A DNA stretch of 64,000 nt from positions 195 to 64,194 of the forward strand of contig CACFFJ010000004.1 in assembly GCA_902565645.1 (NCBI GenBank), in the 5' to 3' direction. The notes beneath the pieces were generated by a model. It worked only from the letters and a program-made list of their open reading frames with translations. It was not told the origin of the DNA and made no database searches. Shown one piece after another: positions 9,233-17,844 of the stretch (the stretch's first letter is position 1; each line of letters opens with the position of its first letter). The position numbers were made by a program, and so were the translations under genes. The stretch comes from an uncultured Candidatus Actinomarina sp. GTDB taxonomy: Bacteria; Actinomycetota; Acidimicrobiia; Actinomarinales; Actinomarinaceae.

Positions 9233-10391
9233 TAATTTCCTTTTTAATATTTAAAACAATATCTTTAAAGAATTGTCCTCTTTCTTCATAATTCTCAAAA
9301 TCATTAAAACTTGCACCCCCACATGAAAATAAAACTGTGTCACCAGGATTAATAATTTTTAATAAAACGTCTTTTAAGTTAAAAATTGAATCTAGTCGAA
9401 TAATCTCAATATCTAAATTACCAAAGTTAACATCCATATCTTTTGGGATTAATATTGTTTTGACACCATCATAAATTTTCAAATCTTTAGTTGTAATGTT
9501 TTTAGTTAATCCATGCATTATTAAAATTCCATTATTAATATTTTTTGTTGCCATTGATACAGAATTAAAATTTGTTGATTTTGAATCATTAATAAATAGG
9601 ACATCATTAAATTCATCTACTATTTCATATCTATGTTCATCTGTTTTTGAATTTAATAAATATTCATAACCTGTGTTTTTATTAAAATTTAGATTTTCAA
9701 TAACTTTTATAAACATTTCTGAAGTGTTTTTATAAAAAGGTAGTTTTGATAAGTCAAACTCTTTATCTAAATTATTAATATCATTTCCATCTAAGAAATT
9801 ATTTGCTATATTTTCTTCAGTGATAAATTCTTTTATCCTTCTTTTCGAATTTGCGTATTGATCAAAATCTTTATGCCAATCTAAATGATCTTCATAAATA
9901 TTTAATATTACACCCATAAAAAGATCTAGTTTATTTATATAATGAAGTTGAAAACTTGAGAGCTCCATCACTACATAATCAAATTTTTTATCAACTATTT
10001 CTAACGGGGATCTACCAACATTTCCTACGGCGATTGATTCAGATCCTTGTGAATTCAAAAAACCTGCCAGCAAATTTACAAAGGTAGTTTTACCATTTGT
10101 TCCTGTAATTCCAATTATTTTTTCTTTATAAATATTGTTAAATATGTCAATATCAGTGATAACGGGTTTTTCAATTAAATAAAATTGTTCTAATAAAGAA
10201 TTACTAGGTTTAACTCCTGGTGAGATGACTACTTCGTCTATTTCTGAAAATCTAGAAGGTTCGAAAACAAGCTCAGTAGGTAAATTTAACTCCTTATTTT
10301 CATCATAGATAAGATAATCTATATTAGATTTCTGAAAATACTGTTCTACTGTTTTACCTGTAACTCCGTATCCAAATATTAATTTTTTCAC
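9225..10391 (-). CDS. murD: UDP-N-acetylmuramoylalanine--D-glutamate ligase (short, 388 aa)
   Basis: N-terminal GYGVTGKT fold and P-loop GITGTNGKTT. Sits between mraY and ftsW. Confidence 0.88.
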   Translation of the reverse strand: MKKLIFGYGVTGKTVEQYFQKSNIDYLIYDENKELNLPTELVFEPSRFSEIDEVVISPGVKPSNSLLEQFYLIEKPVITDIDIFNNIYKEKIIGITGTNGKTTFVNLLAGFLNSQGSESIAVGNVGRSPLEIVDKKFDYVVMELSSFQLHYINKLDLFMGVILNIYEDHLDWHKDFDQYANSKRRIKEFITEENIANNFLDGNDINNLDKEFDLSKLPFYKNTSEMFIKVIENLNFNKNTGYEYLLNSKTDEHRYEIVDEFNDVLFINDSKSTNFNSVSMATKNINNGILIMHGLTKNITTKDLKIYDGVKTILIPKDMDVNFGNLDIEIIRLDSIFNLKDVLLKIINPGDTVLFSCGGASFNDFENYEERGQFFKDIVLNIKKEING

Positions 10392-11450
10392 TTAATTACC
10401 AAACAAGACCCAATCACCATAGAATAGACCTAGCCCTATAACAATAAATATCCCATTAATTATCCAAAACCTAACAATAATTGTAGTTTCTGCCCAATTG
10501 CTCATCTCAAAATGATGATGTATAGGTGTCATTTTGAATACTCTTTTACCCCTGTATTTAAATGAGAAAACTTGCACAATTACAGAAGTTGCTTCCAAAA
10601 TATATAAAAAACAGAAAAACAATATCAAAGTATCTGCTCCAATAGCAAAAAGAATTAATGGAAACATAGCGCCGATAAATTGTGAGCCTATATCTCCCAT
10701 AATAATTTTTGCAGGGTTAGTATTCCACCATAAAAACCCGAGGCATGAACCAGCAATGGAAGATACTAGTACTGCAAGCTCAGAAGAAACAAATGCTGAA
10801 TTCATAAAACTTGAATAATACTCAGGATGTCTAAATATCCAAAAAGATATAATCAAAATACCTCCAAAAGAAACTGTTGCGCTACCCGCTACTAAACCAT
10901 CTAGTCCATCAGTTAAATTAACAGAGTTAGTAATTCCCACAATCAAGAAAATTATTAAAATCCATTTAATGAATCCAACATCGATACCAAAGCCACTAAA
11001 TAAATAAAAAGTTGAAGAATAATCAAGACTAAAGAAGTAATAACTTGCAACGCAGCCAACAATTGTCTGAAGAAATAATTTATTTCTTGGTTTCAAACCT
11101 AAGTTTCTATTCTTTTTAACTTTCAAATAATCATCTACAAATCCAACAATACCCATAAGTGTTCCAATTATTAAAAGTAAGAATATCTCTGTACTGATTG
11201 AAATAAGCTCAACTTTAAAACCCTTTCCAATAGTCCAAAAATTTATATGAGATAATATAAAACCTATATAAGTTCCAAGTATTATAAAAACACCTCCCAT
11301 AGTAGGAGTTCCTCTTTTATGATCATGAAAATTTAACTCTTCTTGTATTGGTTGTCCAATATTTTTACTTTTAAAATAACTGACTCCAATAGAAGTAGAG
11401 AACAAAACAAATAAAAAACTGATACCTCCTGCAACTATTACTGCAATCAT
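10392..11450 (-). CDS. mraY: Phospho-N-acetylmuramoyl-pentapeptide transferase
   Basis: Polytopic membrane protein with NLTDGLDGL and HHHFE motifs. Confidence 0.95.
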   Translation of the reverse strand: MIAVIVAGGISFLFVLFSTSIGVSYFKSKNIGQPIQEELNFHDHKRGTPTMGGVFIILGTYIGFILSHINFWTIGKGFKVELISISTEIFLLLIIGTLMGIVGFVDDYLKVKKNRNLGLKPRNKLFLQTIVGCVASYYFFSLDYSSTFYLFSGFGIDVGFIKWILIIFLIVGITNSVNLTDGLDGLVAGSATVSFGGILIISFWIFRHPEYYSSFMNSAFVSSELAVLVSSIAGSCLGFLWWNTNPAKIIMGDIGSQFIGAMFPLILFAIGADTLILFFCFLYILEATSVIVQVFSFKYRGKRVFKMTPIHHHFEMSNWAETTIIVRFWIINGIFIVIGLGLFYGDWVLFGN

Positions 11451-12853
11451 TGAATTTCCTTTATCATTTCTTTAACTACTTGTTGGTCACTAAATTTAAT
11501 TGTATTGTTTTCAAATTCTTGAATTTTTTCATGACCTTTCCCTAGTATTAATAATACAGAATCATTTTTAAGATTCTCTATTCCTTTTCTTATTGCTTCT
11601 TTACGATTTAGTACTACTTCTACATCTTTATTTAAATTAACACCTTCTAATATGTCTTTTGCAATATCCTCTTCATTTTCATCTCTTGGATTGTCATTAG
11701 TTATTATTATTTTGTCAGCTTCATTTACTGCATCTCCCATTAAAGGTCTTTTATCTTTATCCCTATTTCCACCAGCACCAAAAATTACAGTCGTATTTTT
11801 ATATTTACCTTTCACATAAGCAATTGATTGCTTTATTGATTCAGGGGTATGAGCATAATCAATGATAATATCATTAGTGTCTATACTAAAAATTTCATAC
11901 CTACCAAGAGGATTTTTAATATCAGCTGATGCTTCTAACAATTCACTTAATTTATATTGTTCTGAAAAATAAGCCATAGATAAAGCAAGTAAATAATTCA
12001 TATGTGCAAGTGGACCACTCAAAGGCACAGATATTTCATATTTTTTACCCTCAAGATAAAACTCTAAATCAAAAGATTCTTTGTCTATATTAATTTTCTC
12101 TATATAAAGATTGTTACTACTTTTATAACCGATACTAAATGAGGGAAGTTTAGACTCATATTTTAATTTATTTCCCCATTCAGAATCGACATATACAAAC
12201 TTTTCAGATGAATCTTCAGTAAACATTTTTAGTTTCGAAGCAAAATAATTATCAATATTTTTGTGATAATCGAAATGATCTTGAGATAAGTTAGTGAAGC
12301 CAGAAACTTTAAAATAAATGCCTTTTAATCTTTCTTGGTCTAAAGCATGTGATGATACTTCAATAACAACATCATTAATATCTTTATTTTCTTCTTTACT
12401 TAATAGTTTTAAAATATTAAATAATTTTGGCGTAGTTAAATGCTCTTCATTTGTAATATTTTTAAATAAATCTTCTTCTGTAGTCCCTATAAAAATAGAT
12501 TTATTCTTTATTAATTGGTTTAAATAATAACCTGTTGTTGTCTTTCCATTGGTTCCTGTAATGCCAAAATAGTTTTTTTTATCAAAGTTTTTACACAACT
12601 TCACTAATAACTCATTAAAAGTTTTTTCATAATTTTCTACTTTAACTATCTTGCTATTAGTGAGAGTACAATTTTTGCTTGTAATTATATTTTTTACATT
12701 TTTATTGATTGCATCTAATACCAATTCATCTAAGCGTGTCTCAGAATCATTATTTATTAGTAAAACTGAATTTTTTTTAATATCCAGAGTGCTATTAACT
12801 AAATTATTGTAATCAAAATCTTTATCAAGTACATTTTTTAATTCATTTAACAT
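11447..12853 (-). CDS. murE: UDP-MurNAc-L-Ala-D-Glu--2,6-diaminopimelate ligase
   Basis: FGITGTNGKTTT, DYAHTPES and GAGGNRDKDKRP motifs. The DNPR motif (TNDNPRDE) is associated with meso-DAP specificity. Confidence 0.9.
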   Translation of the reverse strand: MLNELKNVLDKDFDYNNLVNSTLDIKKNSVLLINNDSETRLDELVLDAINKNVKNIITSKNCTLTNSKIVKVENYEKTFNELLVKLCKNFDKKNYFGITGTNGKTTTGYYLNQLIKNKSIFIGTTEEDLFKNITNEEHLTTPKLFNILKLLSKEENKDINDVVIEVSSHALDQERLKGIYFKVSGFTNLSQDHFDYHKNIDNYFASKLKMFTEDSSEKFVYVDSEWGNKLKYESKLPSFSIGYKSSNNLYIEKINIDKESFDLEFYLEGKKYEISVPLSGPLAHMNYLLALSMAYFSEQYKLSELLEASADIKNPLGRYEIFSIDTNDIIIDYAHTPESIKQSIAYVKGKYKNTTVIFGAGGNRDKDKRPLMGDAVNEADKIIITNDNPRDENEEDIAKDILEGVNLNKDVEVVLNRKEAIRKGIENLKNDSVLLILGKGHEKIQEFENNTIKFSDQQVVKEMIKEIQ

Positions 12854-14541
12854 TATCGAGATTGATCCTCAGGAATAAAATAACTTATAATGTTTTTAAA
12901 TATTGGGGCTGCTGTTGATCCTCCTGTAACATATTCAGAATTTTGAGAAATATTAGCACCCCATAATAGAATAGAACCTACTACTGGTCCTTCTCTTGTT
13001 TCTACAAAACCTGTGAAGGATGTATTAAATCTGTTATCTGAATAACCTACTCCTTCTAAGTGAGTCCTACTTGTGCCTGTTTTTCCACCAATTACATAGC
13101 CTTCTGTTCTTAAAGATTTACCCGTACCATTCTCACCCTCTACTACATTTATAAGTAGGTTTTTTAATCTCTTTGACATATCATCGCTAATAACAGGAAT
13201 ATTGTTAATCTCTACCTTATCTTTCTGTATTAAACTTAATTTTACATCGTACCCACCGTTTGCAATGATGCTATAAGCGCGAACCATTTGATATTGTGAA
13301 ACATTTATAGAATAACCTATGGAAAGTGAGCTTAAACAAGTAAGGCATGCATTGTATTCCATAAAACTTCCTTTTGTTTCCCCAGTTAGTTCAACACCTG
13401 TCTTTTCACCAAAACCAAACTTTTTTAGATATCTTTCAATATCGTTTATTTGTGTATTTTCTGTTACTTTTATAGTCCCAACATTTGAAGATCTTTCTAT
13501 AATCTCTTTAACAGATATTTCATAGGGCTCATGTTTCAAAAAATCTTTGAAGCATCCATTCAATCCTGTATATAGTTTCTGACAAGAATTTTTAATAATT
13601 TCTATCTGATCTTCAACTAAGAAAATATCATTTTCATTTAAAGAACCTTTATCAATTAAAGATCCAACAGTAAATATTTTTAATGCTGATCCAGGCTCAT
13701 ATGAAGCTCTTGCACTGATTAGATTTATATCAAAATAATCATTATCAAAACTTGACTTTTCAGCAGAAATAATAATTTGTCCTGTGTTAGCATTTGCAAA
13801 AACAACTGAACATTTAAAAGAACCAGTATCCAATATTGCCTCTTCACAAAGTTTTTCAGCAATATATTGTAACTCAGAATCTATTGATAAAATTAAATCT
13901 TCTCCATGAACTGGGTCAATAGTTTTAATTTCACCTTGAGGGATCACATCACCATTTGGCGCAGCTTCATATCTTAATTCTCCATCTATTCCCTTTAATT
14001 TATTATCAAAAAAAAGCTCTAAACCTTCAATTCCATTTCCGTCTGGATCAACTTGTCCAATTATCTTTCCTACAGAAGTAGCGTAAATAACTCTTTTATT
14101 TGATGACTCAACATTTATACCCTCGTAATTCCATTTTTTTATTTTTTCTCCGACTTCAAAGTCAACATTTCTTTTTAAATAGAAATAGTTTAAATTATTA
14201 TCTATTTTTTCAAATATTTCATCGCTACTGATTTTTAGTAACGGTGACAATAATTCTGAAATTTCTTTAGTATTTTTAATTTTTTTTGGATAAATTCCAA
14301 TATTGAAAGAACTTATATTATCAGCTAAAACAATATAATTTTCATCTAGAATTGATCCCCTTCTTGCTTCAATTGTTTCTATCTTTTCTCTATAAGAAAA
14401 AGCTTGATTCCTATAATATTCTGAGCTGGAAAATTGTAATTCATAAACCTCTTGAATGAATAAATAAAAACTTCCAAGAGTAAAGAGCAAGATAGTTAAA
14501 AATATACTTATGAGTTTTGCCTTTTTGTAATTCCCAATCAT
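12853..14541 (-). CDS. ftsI: Class B penicillin-binding protein / septal transpeptidase FtsI
   Basis: N-terminal TM anchor and transpeptidase triad SxxK (GSALK), SxN (SSN) and KTG (GGKTGTS). Confidence 0.92.
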   Translation of the reverse strand: MIGNYKKAKLISIFLTILLFTLGSFYLFIQEVYELQFSSSEYYRNQAFSYREKIETIEARRGSILDENYIVLADNISSFNIGIYPKKIKNTKEISELLSPLLKISSDEIFEKIDNNLNYFYLKRNVDFEVGEKIKKWNYEGINVESSNKRVIYATSVGKIIGQVDPDGNGIEGLELFFDNKLKGIDGELRYEAAPNGDVIPQGEIKTIDPVHGEDLILSIDSELQYIAEKLCEEAILDTGSFKCSVVFANANTGQIIISAEKSSFDNDYFDINLISARASYEPGSALKIFTVGSLIDKGSLNENDIFLVEDQIEIIKNSCQKLYTGLNGCFKDFLKHEPYEISVKEIIERSSNVGTIKVTENTQINDIERYLKKFGFGEKTGVELTGETKGSFMEYNACLTCLSSLSIGYSINVSQYQMVRAYSIIANGGYDVKLSLIQKDKVEINNIPVISDDMSKRLKNLLINVVEGENGTGKSLRTEGYVIGGKTGTSRTHLEGVGYSDNRFNTSFTGFVETREGPVVGSILLWGANISQNSEYVTGGSTAAPIFKNIISYFIPEDQSR

Positions 14542-14861
14542 TTGCTAAAACCTAATATTGAAATCTTATCGGTGTCTATTTCATTAAATTTATAAGGCAC
14601 TTCTAACTCATTTATTTTTTGAGAAATACTTAATCTGATGTACGAATTCAACTTAGATAATTTTTCAATATTACTTATAGAGAATGTCTCGCTATGTTTT
14701 ATATTCAAAAAAGCTTTTTCTCTTTCTAGAATTAAAATTTGTGAATTTAAATCTGTAATTGAATTAGAGACTTCATTTATTTTTATATTCAATATTAAAG
14801 GAATCGATACTATAAAAAAGATACCGAAATACAGGAATATAAAAATTGTTTTTCTTCTCAT
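14538..14861 (-). CDS. ftsL: FtsL-like small bitopic cell division protein
   Basis: 107 aa with one TM segment and a coiled-coil-like tail. Canonical slot between rsmH and ftsI. No strong sequence motif. Confidence 0.55.
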   Translation of the reverse strand: MRRKTIFIFLYFGIFFIVSIPLILNIKINEVSNSITDLNSQILILEREKAFLNIKHSETFSISNIEKLSKLNSYIRLSISQKINELEVPYKFNEIDTDKISILGFSK

Positions 14862-15775
14862 AACTTTATTGCATATCTCATAATCGCTGATTTTGATCTA
14901 GGATTTACTTTTATTTCTTTATCTGTAGGTACAAATTTTTTTTTCTTAGGAATTACATATTCTTGTTTAGTATTGCAATTACAAACAGGAATAATTGGTT
15001 GACATATGCAATCAATAGATAATTCATTAAAGAAATGTTTTACTATTTTATCTTCAAGAGAATGATATGAAATACAAACTATCACCCCATCTTTAGAAAT
15101 TAAATTTTTTATAGCTTCTAGAGAATTTTTAATCTCATTTAATTCATTATTCACTTCAATTCTTAAAGCTTGAAAAACTCTTCTTATTGTTTTATTTGTA
15201 TATATAGGATTTTGTTTTGGTAAAGCATTTTTTATAACTTCAACTAGATTTTTTGTTCCTGATATAGGTCTCGACTTTACTATTGCTTTTGCAATTTTTT
15301 TTGAAAATTTATCTTCACTATACAGTTTTAGAATGTGTATTAATTTATCTTCACGATAATCATTTACAACTTCATAGGCAGTTAATTTTTGTAGCTGATC
15401 CATCCGCATATCTAAATCACTATCTTCCTGAAAAGAAAAGCCTCTTCTCAAACTATCTATTTGATGAGACGAAACTCCGAAATCATATAAAATACCGCTT
15501 ATTGGATTTAAATCATTATCAATTAAGTATTGACTGATTTGAGAAAAGTTTAATTGATATACTTTGTCATCATTATTTGAGTTCTCTATAGACTCTAAGT
15601 CTCTATCAAAACCTATAAAATCTAGATGTTCATATTTATCATTTAATCGAAAGTGTGAACCATATCCATATGTTGCATCAATGAAATAACCTGGAGGAAC
15701 GTTCTTAAGTATTGAAGAAAATTCTTCTATCATTACCCCTTTATGAGATAGATACTCAGCCCTGTTTGCATTCAT
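14858..15775 (-). CDS. rsmH: 16S rRNA (cytosine1402-N4)-methyltransferase RsmH (MraW)
   Basis: Motifs DATYGYGSH, DFGVSSHQID and ISYHSLEDKIVK. Confidence 0.93.
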   Translation of the reverse strand: MNANRAEYLSHKGVMIEEFSSILKNVPPGYFIDATYGYGSHFRLNDKYEHLDFIGFDRDLESIENSNNDDKVYQLNFSQISQYLIDNDLNPISGILYDFGVSSHQIDSLRRGFSFQEDSDLDMRMDQLQKLTAYEVVNDYREDKLIHILKLYSEDKFSKKIAKAIVKSRPISGTKNLVEVIKNALPKQNPIYTNKTIRRVFQALRIEVNNELNEIKNSLEAIKNLISKDGVIVCISYHSLEDKIVKHFFNELSIDCICQPIIPVCNCNTKQEYVIPKKKKFVPTDKEIKVNPRSKSAIMRYAIKL

Positions 15776-15862
15776 ACCCAGCTCTCTAGTACTGGCACCA
15801 ATTGGAAAGTTGGGCGGAGTAAGGGTATTCCAATTTAGTTGTCTAGAGAGCTGGCTATGAAC
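15776..15862 (-). promoter_or_regulatory. Structured intergenic RNA between mraZ and rsmH, candidate mraW RNA motif
   Basis: A perfect 12-bp outer stem (15778..15789 with 15843..15854) encloses a perfect 8-bp inner stem (15800..15807 with 15828..15835) and a 20-nt C-rich loop. The tract is GC-rich relative to its surroundings. The 3' arm of the outer stem ends 2 nt before the rsmH AUG. Confidence 0.6.
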
Positions 15863-16288
15863 TTATTCTTTCACCTCATTTATGTTTGCAAATGCTTTAT
15901 CAGAATCATCTTGTATTTTTTTCCAAACTTTTGAAGACCATATTTCTATTACTGGACCTGATCCTGTTACAGTTACATCATCATTGATGCCGATCTCACT
16001 GTAATTTCTTAGATTTTCGGGAATCTGTATTCGTCCAGCTGAATCTAAATTAGAATCTACAGCACCACTGAATAAAGCTCTCTTAATTTGTCTAGAGGTT
16101 TTATCAGTAGAAGGAAGTGAAGCCATTCTTTCGGATTCTTCATTCCAATTTTTCTTTGTAAGAACTTGAAGACAATTATCTAGTCCCTTGGTGACTACAC
16201 AGCCCTGTTGAAGCTCTTTTCTGAATTTTGAAGGTATTACAACCCTACCCTTCGAATCCATACTATGTTTATACTCACCAAGGAACAC
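15863..16288 (-). CDS. mraZ: Transcriptional regulator MraZ
   Basis: FLGEYKHSMDSKGRVVIPSKFR and a second DSAGRIQIP repeat (two SpoVT/AbrB-like halves). I prefer GTG 16288, which has AGGCGGA 5 nt upstream and gives the canonical M-FLGEY N-terminus. The tracked ATG 16336 lies inside the predicted promoter. Confidence 0.9.
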   Translation of the reverse strand: MFLGEYKHSMDSKGRVVIPSKFRKELQQGCVVTKGLDNCLQVLTKKNWNEESERMASLPSTDKTSRQIKRALFSGAVDSNLDSAGRIQIPENLRNYSEIGINDDVTVTGSGPVIEIWSSKVWKKIQDDSDKAFANINEVKE

Positions 16289-16312
16289 TTTATCCGCCTT
16301 TCGTGCCTTGAA

Positions 16313-16353
16313 CCACTTTGTTACATTATATGACACAATATGACACTTTGCAA
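16313..16353 (-). promoter_or_regulatory. Putative Pmra promoter with phased direct-repeat boxes (candidate MraZ operator)
   Basis: On the minus strand: TTGCAA (16353..16348), 17 nt, TATAAT (16330..16325). Boxes GTGT, GTGT, ATGT and GTGG start at 16346, 16336, 16326 and 16316, exactly 10 nt apart. Confidence 0.6.
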
Positions 16354-16372
16354 CACAAAATAGAAAAAAAAA

Positions 16373-16891
16373 TTATGCGGAAATTAGATACTCTTTCCAC
16401 TCTGGATCAGGATTAGAACCAATAATTGTTTTAATCCAAAAATTTCCTTCAGGTTTTTCTGGAAACTTCTTTAAAGATAATATTGTTTGATTAAGTAATT
16501 TATCAGCTTTAATAAGGTTGCATCTTTTGCAACATGCAACAACGTTTGACCAAATATGTTCTCCTCCTTTAGATTTTGGAATTATATGGTCTACAGACTC
16601 TGCTTTATTCCCACAATATTGACAAGAAAAATAATCTCTTATAAAAATATTTTCGCGATTTAAAGCCACTCTCCTTGAGTATGGGGCTTTAACGTAATAT
16701 GTTAAGATTGCAACTTTTGGAATATTAATTGTTTTATTCTCAGATCTAATTTCTGCAGTTGAATTTTTGATTACATTAATTTTTCTAGACAATAACAAAG
16801 TCACTGATCTCTTTGCTGAAGCAATAGATAAAGGTTGGAAAGTTGAATTTAATATTAAGGTTCTATGAGAGCTTAGGTTTGATTTAACCAT
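16373..16891 (-). CDS. HNH endonuclease family protein
   Basis: CQYCG...DHIIPKSKGGEHIWSNVVACCKRCNLIKADK, a Cys4 plus H-N-H nuclease core. Confidence 0.8.
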   Translation of the reverse strand: MVKSNLSSHRTLILNSTFQPLSIASAKRSVTLLLSRKINVIKNSTAEIRSENKTINIPKVAILTYYVKAPYSRRVALNRENIFIRDYFSCQYCGNKAESVDHIIPKSKGGEHIWSNVVACCKRCNLIKADKLLNQTILSLKKFPEKPEGNFWIKTIIGSNPDPEWKEYLISA

Positions 16892-16917
16892 CGATATAAT
16901 TTTGAGTTATTAAGTAA

Positions 16918-17409
16918 TTAAGCTTGCATTTGTTGACTAAGTACATCTTCTTCTACTTTAGTCAACAAATTTAAAAACCTTTCTTTATCTAATTCAAATT
17001 TAGATACATCTTCTCTTACTTCTTTTGTGACGGTGTCAATAGTTTCAAAAAATGCAAGCTGACCAGACTTAAGAGCATCAAATACTACCTTATCTTCGAC
17101 AGTGTAAATTGTCTTTCCGTCTGAAACTAATCTGATGTTTGATAATTGGTCCTCAAGGTTACCATTTTTAGCTAAATATCTCCAAGCCCTTCTAACCCTC
17201 TGAATGCTCATACCATTATCTAATAATGTTTTTATAACCCTTAATGATACAATGTCTCTAAATGAATAAAGTTTTGGGACTCCAGGTTTCCCATTAGATG
17301 ATTGTATAGTTGGAGATACTAATTTTACTTTATCCCAATACCTTAATTGATGGGATGTGCATCCTGATAAATAGCATGCCTGTTTAGATGTAAATGCATC
17401 TCTTTTCAA
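16918..17409 (-). CDS. MerR-family HTH transcriptional regulator with uncharacterised C-terminal domain
   Basis: N-terminal FTSKQACYLSGCTSHQLRYWDKVKLVSP helix-turn-helix. TTG start with AAGGAG 8 nt upstream. Confidence 0.65.
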   Translation of the reverse strand: MKRDAFTSKQACYLSGCTSHQLRYWDKVKLVSPTIQSSNGKPGVPKLYSFRDIVSLRVIKTLLDNGMSIQRVRRAWRYLAKNGNLEDQLSNIRLVSDGKTIYTVEDKVVFDALKSGQLAFFETIDTVTKEVREDVSKFELDKERFLNLLTKVEEDVLSQQMQA

Positions 17410-17455
17410 AATCCTTACTCCTTAAAAAATGATGTATTATTTAATTTAATTTATT

Positions 17456-17806
17456 CTATTTATTTTGTCTAGAGGTATCTTTATTTCTTATTAGCTGAAA
17501 TATTTGTTTAAAATTCCATTCATCTATATTTTCAGCTTTAAGAAGTGCTCTTGTATTAGTAACAAATACATATCCAGATAAAGCCATAATTACAAAACCA
17601 ATTACGGCAATTAGTGGTTGGATAATGTAGGATCCTATCATCATAAAAAAACCAATAATGAAAGCAATGAAGGATATTAACGACCTACTTCTTGAAAAAT
17701 TTGAAAGTGTTAAGGATTCGGCAGTTTTTTCCAATTCTGGATCTTCTTTGGTCAACCCTAATTCAATTTGTTTTAATATTTCTTCTTCTTCTTTATTCAA
17801 ACCCAT
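17456..17806 (-). CDS. DUF3040 domain membrane protein
   Basis: N-terminal EEEILKQIELGLTKEDPELEK motif followed by two TM segments. This family typically sits upstream of mraZ in Actinobacteria. Confidence 0.7.
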   Translation of the reverse strand: MGLNKEEEEILKQIELGLTKEDPELEKTAESLTLSNFSRSRSLISFIAFIIGFFMMIGSYIIQPLIAVIGFVIMALSGYVFVTNTRALLKAENIDEWNFKQIFQLIRNKDTSRQNK

Positions 17807-17844
17807 ATGAAGATTTTAATATACTTTCAAACTACGCTGTAATT

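Noticed and set aside
16289-16336. ATG 16336 as the mraZ start (16 extra N-terminal residues, MSYNVTKWFKARKADK)
   Set aside because: The ATG lies between the predicted -35 and -10 elements. MraZ proteins normally begin M-F-L-G right at the conserved motif, and GTG 16288 has a Shine-Dalgarno sequence.
16373-16891. HNH endonuclease as a homing/mobile element or part of a restriction or defence system
   Set aside because: There is no adjacent methyltransferase, intein/intron host gene, transposase, repeats or partner ATPase/helicase. Small stand-alone HNH proteins of this size are common housekeeping-type genes.
17692-17844. 5' extension of the histidine phosphatase ORF that overlaps the divergent DUF3040 gene
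   Set aside because: The extension encodes no phosphatase sequence and would overlap the 5' end of the DUF3040 gene head-to-head by 115 nt. In-frame GTG 17845 sits immediately before the conserved LFLRHGE motif.
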